DNA of 64,000 nucleotides from the human T2T-CHM13v2.0 reference genome, Homo sapiens: NCBI GenBank assembly GCA_009914755.4, contig CP068257.2, positions 43,072,001 to 43,136,000 of the forward strand, read 5' to 3'. Shown piece by piece: positions 51,943 to 64,000 of this stretch (position 1 is its first letter; each line of letters starts with the position of its first letter). The notes under the pieces were generated by a model. It saw only the letters and a program-made list of their open reading frames with translations, ran no database searches and was not told where the DNA came from. The position numbers and the translations under genes were made by a program.

Positions 51943-52795
51943 CACCCAGCACACCTGGGGTACCCACCACACCCGGACACCCAGCACACCCAGGACACCC
52001 AGCACACCCAGGCACCCTGCACACCCAGGCACCCAGCACACCCGGGGCACCTACACACCTGGGGCACCTACACGCCTGGGGCACCTACACACCCAAGCAC
52101 CCAGCACACCCAGGCACCGAGCACACCTGGGACACCCAGCACACCCGGGCACCCAGCACACCCAGGCACCCTGCACACCCGGGACACCCTGCACACCCGG
52201 GACACCCAGCACACCCGGGGCACCCTGCACACCCAGGCACCCAGCACACTCAGGCACCCTGCACACCCAGGACACCCAGCACACCCGGGGCACCTACACA
52301 CCCGGGGCACCTACACACCCGGGGCACCTACACACCTGGGGCACCCTGCACATCCGGGCACCCAGCACACCCAGGCACCCTGCACACCCAGGACACCCAG
52401 CACACCTGGGGCACCTACACACCCGGGGCACCTACACAACCGGGGCACCCTGCACACCCAGGCACCCAGCACACCCGGGCATCCAGCACACCCGGGGCAT
52501 CTACACACTCAGAACACCCTGCACACCCAGGCACCCAGCACACCCGGGCACCCAGCACACCCAGGCATCCAGCACACCCGGGACACCCGGCACACCCAGG
52601 CACCCGGCACACCCAGGCACCCAGCACACCCGGGGCACCTACACACCCGGGGCATCCAGCACACCCAGGACACCCTGCACACCTGGGGCACCTACACACC
52701 CAGGGCACCCAGCATACCCGGGCATCCAGCACAACTGGCACAACTGGGGCACCCGGGACACCTGGCGCACTCGGGGCACCCACACACCCAGCACA
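51943..52795. repeat. Large C/A-rich minisatellite, 17-18 bp unit x about 48 (acacccaggcacccagc / acacccggggcacctac)
   Basis: About 850 bp of near-perfect periodicity. All three forward frames are open across it. Confidence 0.95.
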
Positions 52796-55700
52796 TGCCG
52801 CCCCAGGCCCATGGAACTCGTGCTCTGATCTGAAAGTTCTCTTCAGACTCAGACTGGAATGTTGAGGATCCGAGATGGTGGCCGCCTGGTAGGGACCTGG
52901 CCCTGCGGTGGGAGGGTGAGCAGCTAGGCCCAGGACTCTCAGTGGGTGACCTCCTGGAGGGATGCCACCCAGGGTGCGGCTCCATCCACCCCACGTTGGA
53001 GGAGCTCTCCTTCGGACAGGCCTGGGTGGGAAGGCATCCAGGAGCCATGTTGCTGACTGCTGCCAAGTCTCAGGTGGCCCCGTGGCTGTGCCCTGGAGGT
53101 GGCCCCATGTCACCCTTGTGAGGACGATGCCCCCTTCCCTCCTGGCACACATGTGCCCACTGCCACCTGAAGAGCTGACCGGGGCAAGGGGCACAGCTGA
53201 GGACAAGATGTCCTGACCACAGCTCAGACATGCGCTGGGCTGGGAGGGACCGAGACAGGAGATCCTGCCCCGAGAGGTGGGCGGGGGTGGCCTCCTGGAC
53301 ACGCCCACCACAGGGAGGGCTGCTGTCTCCCGAGCTACTCCGTGTTCTCTGTGCTTTGCACACATGGTCTTTAATCCTCACCACCACTCAGGGCTGGGAT
53401 GTGACTGCCATCAAACCCATTCCCAGACCAGAAAACAAAGACCTAGACAGCTTCCCTCGCTAGCCCAGGTCATACAGCTGCTGGGGTCTGAGGAAGGCCA
53501 AGCCCCAGCAGGCTGGCCAGAGCCACCTTCAGCTGCCAGGCCCACAGCTCACCCACAGCCACTGACCAGGCAGCAGTGGGGATGCCCCACGTCAGCCTCT
53601 GCCCACAGGGCAGGACCACAGAACACATCCTGCCCTCCCTCCGACCCCCCCGCCACCCCACGCCAACTCTGCCCATGCCTATTTGGCAAGCCCCAGACAA
53701 CACTCCTGGCAATGCCAGGAGCAGCTTTCAGGTCTGTGGTCCCCACACAAAGGCACCCAGCCCCACCCAGTCACACGACAGGGTGCCACTGCAAAGCCTA
53801 AACCGGAGATAGGGCCCTGCATCATCTCCCGACCACAGAGATGGGGCTGAATGCTCTGTACTTACACACCTGAAAAACCAGTTCCTTTCACTTTGCCATC
53901 CTAGCCTCTCATGAAATTGTACTCAAAAAAGAAAGCCACAGGATGCGTTCTTGTTATCCCTATGACAAGCAACTTAGAGCAACAGCACTGCCAGCTACCA
54001 GGCTGGCCGATCTTCACCCCAGCCCCCGGGGGGTTCTGATAAGGATGTAGGGGAGTCACCTGACCAGTGCACCACCCAGCTGGGGGCAGGGCCGCAGGGC
54101 CACACTTGTGGGAGGCAGACAACATGCATGGCCACTGCAGGGGGAGGAAAATCTGGAGTCTGGAGCAGAAGGAAAGTGGCTGGGGTGTCCAGAGCACTTC
54201 CCCACTGAGCTGGTGGACAGAGGAACTTCCAGGCATGTAAGGGAGGGTGCTGAGGGCCGGGCCCTGGTGTCTCCTGGCCCCGAGTGGAAGGTGAGGCTTT
54301 GCCAAGTGCAGCAGGTGGGCTAATAAGCCTGATGGTGGGGGGACTGAGAGGACCAGACCAGGGTGCGAGAAGAGACATGAGGTGGCTGTGTCGCAAAGGC
54401 CAGCACCTGAAGCGGGGGAAGGTGGAGCAGTGGAGGCTGCCCAGCAGGCCCCTGGGTCTAGGTGGACACTGCATAGGAGGGTGCAGTGGGCCTCATGCCA
54501 CCAACCGCACCCCATGGAGGCAGAGGGGCCACAGTCCTGGAGGGTGGGGGGCCTTGCAGATTCAGCGATGCATCGGGGCACGGCGAGGACCATTTCTTGG
54601 CTGGGGCTTTGGCAAATGACCTCACCTCCCCCACCTCAACTCCTCAGAGCACGCCCTCGGACATCTCATGGCTGGGTTCACAGCCTTCAGAGGGGAAGAT
54701 GCCCGGACGTGTGAGGACTTGCCCACTTCTGGTGTCAGAGCTCGGGCCCTGGAGGTCAGGTTCCACACAGCCAGCAGCGCTCACAGTCCAGGCATGGGAA
54801 CGGGGGCACAGGAGGGGCACAAAGGTGGAGAGCCCCATCTCCCTGACGCTCCTATGGGATCCCCGAACCAGTACGCCCACCCAGCAGAGGGCAGGGCTGG
54901 GACATTCAACGGGGTGAGGCCAAGGGCAGGGGTTACAGATGTTCGCCAGGGGATGACGAAGGGCATGGGCCAGCTGCCTCGGGGGCACCAGACCTGCCTC
55001 GGGGTACCAGACAGTTGGCACTGCCCAGTGGGTGGGTTCGGTGGGTGTTGAGGCCTGGAAGGTGTGTCTGGGATGGTGAGGGGGTACAGGCTATGGCTGG
55101 CTGAGTGGTGCCGGGGTTTGGGGGAGGAAGCTGGTGTTTCCTGCCTCTGCAGGGAGGTTCACCTTGCTTTGTCCCCTCAACAAAGCCAGGCTCTCGTGAC
55201 AACGGGTCACAACCTGGACAGATCTGAGGAGCTGAACACCTCCAGCTTCCACAGGGCTCAGCCAGGACCTGGGCCCAACAGCATTCCCTCCCAGATGGGG
55301 CCACCACGCCACATCAGCACGACGAGACCTCCTCCCAGGGTGCCCCCCCCAGCCCAGGGTCCAGGCCCCAGGCCAACACCCAGAGGGGCTGGCTTTGTTC
55401 ACAGCCCCTCTCCAAACCCTGCCCCCACCCCAAGCGGCCCCGCGGTCCCCTCCAGGGCAGGGTTTCCAGAATCCACCTGTCCTTAGTGTGTTCACTGCCC
55501 CTTGGCAGCCCCGAATTTTTGTACCTGTTTCCTGTCCCCTCCTTGTGTCCAGGTAGCATCCCCAGGGCCCTCGCCTCCAGCACAAATTCCAGCCTGCAGA
55601 AACCTTGTCAGCTCAGGGGGCCACGGTGCAAGGCACGCCCAGGGGAGGGAAGCTGGGGCTGCCCTGGGGTGCCTTTCTGTGCAGCTGGAGCAGTTCCATA

Positions 55701-57320
55701 TCCTATGAAGAAACTGGTACAGAACAGCACTCCTCTGAAAAATTAGCAACCTCATCTACACAGAGACTGGACTGGAGAAGCCCCAGCAGGTGCAGCAATC
55801 CCAGAAGTGAGAGTCAGAGCTGTGGACGCCACCCTTGCTGTGGCCCAAGCAGTGAACTGGGGCCGCTAACCCCCAGGAAGGGTGAAAAGCCCCAACACCC
55901 AGAAGATGAGACCCTAGAGCTTCCCTGGCCACCCCAGCAGCCCTCCCCATCCCAGGAAGCAGACAGTTGCATGGGAAAAGCAAGGACGGCACTCAGCCAG
56001 ACAGGCAAACAACTGTGGCAAACCAGTGCCAGCAGACAAAACCCAGAAACACAGAGCAAATGAAATGGTAAAAATCACTGTCAACCCCCAAGGTTATCTG
56101 CGCAGAAAGGGTCCATACAGTGGGGACGGCCGTCCTGAGGCCCGCTGGCCGGGCTGGCCCTTGGCTGGCGTCTGGGAACTGGGATTTCCGAGGGGCTCCC
56201 TGAACCCCGCCTCACTGGGCCTGTGCTATTTGTACAAGGTGGTTTAGGCAGAACACTCACATCCCTGCTGAGAGTCTGGAATTGTAGCGCAGCCCAGGCA
56301 GAAGCTGCTCACGTGACCAGCCCCTGGGTACATCACCAGGCAGGGCATCCCCAACATCGCACACGCAGAGTCCCAGCTGCTTGCAGGGGAGTGAGGCGCA
56401 TCCTGCGTGACCCCCACCCCAGGAGAGGCCTCCAAAGCTGAGCATGGTGCCCCTGGACTCGGCCCCAGGAACCTTTCCCTTGGCCGATTTTGCTCAGTGT
56501 CCTCCCTGTGGGAAATCACAGCCGTGACTACCGTGACCTGCATGGCCTCTGTCCTCCTGGAGAATCGCCGCCCTGGGTGGTCTTGGGGACCCCAACTCAG
56601 TATCACATTAGAGTTCTTACCCATTAAAAAGAATGCTTAGTGAGAACACTGGGCAAAGGGCAGAACAGACATGCCTGGGGGCCTGTGCTGAGGCACTCGC
56701 CCAGTGCACCCCACCAGGAGCAGCCTGGGAACCAGCCCAGGGAACGAGGCGCCAGCACCTGGGGAAGCCTGGGGACCCTGCCTCACAGGATTACAAAGGA
56801 AAGCTGACCGCCAACTACCAAAACAGAAACAGCAAATCACTGACACAGGAATCTGCCTCTTTATTGACATGCTAAGTAACAAGACGCAGAGGCAGGTCTC
56901 ATCGCAACCAACCGTGACCACAGAGGACCACAGAGGAGTGATGACAGGGAGCTGTGCTTCTAAGCAACTGCAGGAGGGAAGCGCAGTCGGAACAGCCTGC
57001 TGGCTTCTAGTGGTCAAATGTGCCACTCACACAATGGCATCTGCTGAAAAAGCTGCAAAATGTCATTTATAGGTTAGTGAACACATCCGTCTCACAGACC
57101 CCAACTAACCTGAGAATTCCAGAGGAAGACCACAGAATGACAGAAGGGAGATCAGAAACAGAAGAAAACGTGCCAGAGCTAACCCAAGTCTGCAGAAAAG
57201 CCCCCGCCGTGAGGAATCCCAGCTGGGATGATCTGGTGTGCTCCCTGGGGGCAGTGGCCACAGGCTCCTCTGACAATACGACAAAGGGACACACACTGCA
57301 GGGCAGGGAAAACACAGAAC

Positions 57321-57326
57321 TTTATT
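57321..57326 (-). terminator. UBE2G2: Candidate poly(A) signal (AATAAA on the minus strand) for the UBE2G2 3' end
   Basis: tttatt on the plus strand at 57321-57326 (a second one at 57410-57415). Implies a 3'UTR of about 2.3-2.4 kb, consistent with an approximately 3 kb mRNA. Confidence 0.4.
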
Positions 57327-57403
57327 TCAACAGTCATTAGGTTCCACCACACAACAGGGACACCATGGGATTGTTTTTTCATTTAATAAATACAAATGAA
57401 TAA

Positions 57404-57934
<531 letters not shown>

Positions 57935-58675
57935 TCCAAATTTTAAATGAGCCCCTTGTGAGAAGGAAAAGAATCTGCTGTCCACAGAAGCCAGGCGTGG
58001 AGCTACTTCAACCAGAAACTGTCACCCATGACACTCTGTGTGGGTTCAGTCACACAGACCACGATCCATTATGGAAGGGAGGGAGAAAAGGATCACATCA
58101 AATCTACTGTATGCCTCATAGACCATCCCTTATTTCAAAAATAGAAATTCCTATTTAAATGCCGCCCGTGTGCGACAGGCCTGATATTTGCTTCTGCATG
58201 TGGCAGATCTGTTATTGCTTACACTGTGGCCTCCTGGCCTGTGCTGCTCAGCTGGCCCTGTTAGAGAACATGGGAACCACATCAAAATCCTAAGTCACAA
58301 AACAAGGGCTCTGTCCCCAGCCTGGGCCCAGGGGCCCACATGCCCACCTCCACAGCCCAGTCAAGTGTGGGGATAAGGCACTCCTCTGTGCTCTGAGCTA
58401 AGATATGGTAGAGTCCCTTCTGAATTTTGAGTTGCAAAGAATGATTTTGTGCTAATAAATTCCCAGTGCATCCAAAATGTACAAAAACCCTAGAATTTCC
58501 AGTTTTTAGATTGAAAAAAAAAATTTTTTTCTGTAGATCCAGAAGAAACTTTCATTGAAACTTTAAAGACCTCACCTGCACCTGCTCTAGTAATGCACTA
58601 GTTACTAATATACAAACGTAAATCTTTGATGAGTATGGTCGGGAAAAAACTGTCTGTCCTTGTGATCAGCAATAA

Positions 58676-58973
<298 letters not shown>

Positions 58974-59633
58974 AATCAGCAATAAATTTCTTTTCTATTT
59001 ACCCCATTTCTTATTAATTCACACTTCAAAAAAGCATTTCCTGGAAGTATTTCTAAGTGTGATGGTTTGTAATATATAACAAATGAAAAGATGTAATTAG
59101 ATTATAAGAAAAGCATCTGCCTGTAAAATATGAAGGAAGAAAGGAAGTAATGGACTCCTCATGGGGCCCACAGGGAACCAGGAAGGACCCAGAAAGGGTG
59201 CCGGGCCCTTCCCCTGTGCTGCAGCTACAGGGCCCCATTTCTTCAGAAGGAGCGTTCTGGGTATTCCATCGTCCCCTGGAAGTCTGGCAGGTACAACCCC
59301 CTCAACACTCCAGGGAGGGAGGGAATCCACAGGAAGCCATGAACTGCTGGTTTCAGCGGGGAGAGGTAGTGCTGACAGCTCTGATAATCTACCTGAAGCC
59401 CTTTGTGAGGAATACTGTAAAACTGCAGTAAGCTGTCAATATTCGACATTAAGTCATCATTTCAGAAGAGAAGCCTGTTTGAAGTAGGAAAGGTTTGAAA
59501 AAAAAAAAAGATGCCGTGGTTCTTGCAAGTCTGCCTTGTTTGGTACCAGCACAGAGCATCACTGTCACTAAGTGTGCCGGGGGAGAATGCTGAGCTGCTT
59601 GGCGGTGTGTGTGCGCCTGTGCGAGGCCAGGTC

Positions 59634-59746
59634 TCACAGTCCCAGAGACTTCTGGACGATCTGCTTGGCAATCTTATAGAACTGCTCCCGGTCATCGCGC
59701 CACATTTTGGACGCATCCACGTTAGCTCCACTTTCGTCATTGGGCT
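59634..59746 (-). CDS. UBE2G2: UBE2G2 terminal coding exon (E129 partial to L165, plus stop)
   Basis: Minus-strand translation (E)PNDESGANVDASKMWRDDREQFYKIAKQIVQKSLGL* is identical to the UBE2G2 C-terminus. Acceptor ttctttcag precedes it. Stop TGA at 59634-59636. Confidence 0.93.
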
Positions 59747-61803
59747 CTGAAAGAAAAGGGAACACCCTCCATGTAAAAGGGAGTCTTATACGTAAGCAGC
59801 CTGGCAAGGTCTCCCATTTATTTAAAACACTGGCGGGGGCTTTCAAGAGCTGTGTCCCAGAAACAAAGAACCTGAGAACTGCATGGGGTCGGCCCCACCT
59901 CTAGAGTGCTGGCCACGCAGGTCTCAACGAAAGCCACTCTCATGACTCCTGCGTTCTGAGTGTCTGAAGACACCAGGACAAGTTGTCATCTGTCTTGCTG
60001 TGGAACATGCGACAACCACCTAAGCACAGGCCCACACGGCCTCCCACAGCAGCCTCCTGGGCCACTGCACTTCTGGCACCCGGACAAGCTACACGGGGAC
60101 CACCTGCTGCTTATTTCACCTTTCTCAAGACACTCTGCAGTGTGGCTTCTCTCTCACAGAGCGCCCTCTCAGCAAAACTGCCCCTCACAGCTCCTACCAA
60201 GACAATCCCAAGCAAATGTGCAGCCTAAGGTAGACACCTGACCCCAGGATACCTGACCCACCCCCTAGCCAGCGGCACTGGCAGTCACTGCAGAACTGCA
60301 GTTAGGAGGCACGGAGGGAGTAGCCAGGGCCTGCCGGAAGGCAGAACGGAGAGAGACCACCAGAACTGGATGACATGTGCTGAGGCAGCAGCTGTGCAGT
60401 GCGGCGGTGGCGCTGCTCAGAATGCACGTGGGGACCGGTTCAGAGCAGAGTTGATGAGGATAAAACCCACAGCTGACATCTGAGGACAGCCTGAGCCACT
60501 GCCTCCCTCCCAATCTCCAATCCCCTGGCCTGGCTCCCTCCACTCAGCACATGAAGAGGGTTCACGCCTCAGCCCTCTCAGGATACACACTCGCGTCACA
60601 GGCCCTGACCTCACATCCCTCTAGACCCCACTCCACGGCACCCAAAGGCTCTGCAGAGAATAGCTGAGTGGCCTCACTCTGGCATCGACCCCTGGCCCTC
60701 TGCTGGGTCTGCTCTTTCCTTTCGGACTTGCCGCCTTCCTTTCCCACACCCTTCCTCCTGACTGCCCTGGAAGACCCCTCCCTGCTATGCTGTCACCCTC
60801 CGTCCTACTCCATCACCTACTGCCTCATCCAGAAATGACCCCACATCTTCACTCTCATGTCTGACCCCCTTTTGTGGATGGAGGCCCCTTGTCCCACACA
60901 CCTCAAACTATTCCCCAAATCCTGCTGTCTCCTGAACCCAGAGCAGCACCTCTGGTAGACAAAGAACCAGGAGTCCCAGAGCCTGTACCTTCAAGGTCTC
61001 CCAAACCCACCCCTTCCTCTTAGCCCTGGGACCACTCAGCCCTTCTCTTTTCTCTCCAGGCTACTGCAACACCACGATGTCTCTGTTTGTCTTCCATCAC
61101 ACTATTGGTTACTGCTGCAAGGATGGCCCTTCGAAGGCACAGCTCACAGGACATCACACCCCCAACTCCAATCCCCAGGGTCTGCTGGGGCTCCTCTCCC
61201 TGCAGCCTTGGCTCCAGCCAAAATGAGCTGGCAGTGCCCCCATCAAGTCAGCCACCTCCTGCCTCTGGGCCTCAGCCCAGGCTGCTTCCTTTGCCCCAAA
61301 ACCCCATTCCCTCCCTCCTACCTCATCAACACCTACATGTCCTAAACACACCCCAGACAGCCCCACCAGGAAGTGGCCCGAGAGTCCCTGCATGTGTCTG
61401 ATCTTAGGGTGCATCCCACTGGCCTCTAACTGCTGGTAGGCTTGGACAGTTCCCTAGAACGTAGGAACAAAGAGTTGGGGTCTTTGTCACACGAAGCTTT
61501 ACACCCCCAGTCCAGTGTGTGGCATGTAGTGGGTCCTCAATAAACACCTACTGAGGGAAAAAGACGATCAAGGACCAGAGACCAGTTAATTATGGCCGAC
61601 AATACAATATACAACCCCAGGCTATGCTAGAAGGTATGCTTACAATTGGAAAAGTGTAGGCAGATAACATTAAATGGCAATAGCATGTGTAAACTAACTG
61701 CAAATGAGGAAAAGGACATTCTAAAGACAGGATGACGCAAGGCTGGAGAACACCTGCAGCCTGGGTGTCCACGGCAGCTCCTGCCAGGAGGCTCGGGCCT
61801 TAC

Positions 61804-61944
61804 CTGCCAGCATGCTCACCACCGACAGCAGGATCTTCTCCACACTCTGCACAGGACTCCACCGCTCCGCGCTGCTCTCGTAGCCCATGGGGTCATCGCC
61901 TGGCGCGTGGAGGATGGAAATGCAGACTCTCCCATCAGGGTAGA
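61804..61944 (-). CDS. UBE2G2: UBE2G2 penultimate coding exon (UBC catalytic core: [16 protein letters not shown]...SMLA)
   Basis: Translation (I)[46 protein letters not shown](E) is identical to UBE2G2 residues about 82-128. Acceptor ttgcag, donor gtaagg. The split codon phases join correctly with the next exon. Confidence 0.93.
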
Positions 61945-64000
61945 CTGCAAGGGTCAGAGGCAGCCAAGTGAGCCCAGGAATGGTGCCCGAGGCATCGCCG
62001 CGCTTGGGCAGGCTCCACAGATAATGAGAACAAAGACTGCAGACACAGCAACCAAGCTGTTTGCACAGCTGGGGCATAGCCTGGGGCCCTGAGTGTCACG
62101 CTTCATGTCTGCAGGAATCCCGGTGGGGCCTGCTCACTCACTGACAGGCTCCAGGCTGACCCAGCCAGTTCTAATCAGCTGTCGTAGTCTAATCCACTTT
62201 CATATGAATTTTTTTCAAGCAATATATACAAAAAGACTAAATGAAAGGTTATCTGGCAAATATTTTATCAAAATATCTAATGTGATTAGGATTATTTACA
62301 ATACTTTTCAGAGCTAGTTCCTTAGCTATTTCTAATTCTATCATTAAATCCCTGAACCGGTCTGTGTAAAATATATGTTCACATGGCTATGATAAAGGCA
62401 ACTGGAATTATGTAAATATCTACAAAAAGAAAGGCACCAGGATTTCTCTTGGTAGCTTACTCTAATAATAAGTAAATTATCATCAGTACAACCTGGAATG
62501 TAGGTCAATGTGTCTAAATCAAATCCCTTTCCACCAAATATCATCATTAAAAAGATACACAAGGTCTGATAAAGAGAAATAAATTTTCAATTCACAGCAT
62601 TTAATCAGTCCTCTTTTACATATAATTGGGAGGAATTCTCAGATGGCTCCATATATACTCAGATATGCAGTAATCCATCTAGATAGACTCAACTGTAAAA
62701 TTATAAAGCCATTAAAGTTATAATAATAGAAATAGCAATTTTAAAATACATTTATTTAACTCACCTGAGTTAATAAGCTCTGAATTTCATGAAAATTCAC
62801 AAATGTGAATGGCGATCACTTACCTTCAAACAGTCTTGTCTTTCATACCTGGTCCTATGTGTTTCCACTCATCCATTGTTTCAGTGGTGAACGTTCAGTG
62901 GTGAACGCTCTACTATCCAGGAACTGAACCACAACTTCTCATTCAAGGAGAGTGGAAGAAACTAGATGCATACTTGCCCTGGACATCAGGCTGTCCACCT
63001 AAGATCCACATCCACAAAATCAGGAAGTTTCCCACTTCTGTGTTGCCTTCTCCAGGAGTTGGTCCCATAGGGTGACACTGCATCCACAGAAGCATCAAAA
63101 GCACCTGTGTCCCTGCCACAGCCCCTCCTTCACCAAGTCCCAGCAGTGCCATGTCCTAAACCTCTCGTGGATCCACACACATCTCTTTATCTTTAGTGCC
63201 CACATTTAGTTCCCAAGTTGCCGGTGTCTCTACCCTAGACCACTACAGCCGAGGGCCTGCCTGGCTTCCTCCCACCTGTCCTTTGCACTGTACCCAGAGC
63301 GAGCCGTCAGAGATCATTCTGGTCATGCCACTCCCTTGGAGTCTTTCAATGGAGTTCCGCCACTCCCAGGAGAAAACATCAAAACCTTCAGTATTGACCA
63401 AAAGGCCTGAGGTAGTTTGGCCCCGGCCTTCCTCTCCCGTCACTTCCTGCGCTGGGCCTTTGCACATGTGAAGGGCCCCTCCTCCCCGAATCACTCAGGT
63501 AACTCCTGCTTCACTCCCTACAGATGGTCCATCCAACCACCACCTCTGCAAGGTGCTGCCCAGAACTTCCTGATGTGACTTTGCGTTTTGTTTGTGTGAT
63601 TCTCCTATCAATGTCCATCCCTGTCCTTGGAATATAAGCTCCTGAAGGTCTGCTATTATTTGCTCACCACTGTATACCAGCAACTTTCAGTACGTGTGTT
63701 GAATTGTTTTTAAAGTATTTATTGACTAGTTTTTATGATATTGGTAGACCTATAGTTCTCAAAGATAATTTTTAAAAAATCAAAATAATCCAATTACAGT
63801 AAGGCAAAAATTTATATTATCTGAGCATTAAAAATAATTACCAGAACATTAAAAATAATAATCAGACCACCTGTAGTACATAGTCACATAAGGTAATCAG
63901 TTTATTGGTCATATTTGTCACTAATGCCATGTCACAGGTATTGTTCTGAATAATATATTTCTCCTCAATACAATCTTAGTATTTTAATTACCTACAATCC

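Noticed and set aside
51851-52865. Three overlapping forward ORFs of 306-327 aa plus many reverse ORFs
   Set aside because: They are translations of the 17/18-bp minisatellite (PAHPGTQHTQ... periodic peptides). The unit composition simply lacks stop codons. No start context, splice sites or homology.
62000-64000. Search for the next upstream UBE2G2 coding exon (…SFPLDYPLSPPKMRFTCEMFHPN)
   Set aside because: No minus-strand translation matching it between 61945 and 64000. Presumably it lies beyond the window in a longer intron. ORFs at 62344-63683 (minus) show no UBC-fold similarity.

Overview
The window is human (primate) genomic DNA, not prokaryotic. It contains at least 14 Alu elements, L1 3'-end fragments, MaLR LTRs, and many GC-rich minisatellites. 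Its 3' end matches the minus-strand gene UBE2G2 on chr21q22.3. The last two coding exons (61804-61944 and 59634-59746) translate exactly to UBE2G2 residues about 82-165 ([47 protein letters not shown] / EPNDESGANVDASKMWRDDREQFYKIAKQIVQKSLGL*). A 3'UTR of roughly 2.3 kb runs down to about 57300. The remaining ~57 kb upstream is intergenic repeat-rich DNA; from remembered coordinates it is probably the TSPEAR-UBE2G2 interval, with the TSPEAR promoter at or just beyond the left edge. Notable content includes a degenerate ~6 kb gammaretrovirus-like ERV provirus (28.7-34.7 kb), a full-length MLT1-type MaLR element, an orphan CpG island (~11.6-12.6 kb), a palindrome with ~240-bp arms next to a 60-bp VNTR, and an ~850-bp 17/18-bp minisatellite that is open in all forward frames. 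Nearly all long six-frame ORFs are artefacts of high GC content and repeats. I found no novel prokaryote-style system; the items worth a second look are in the findings.
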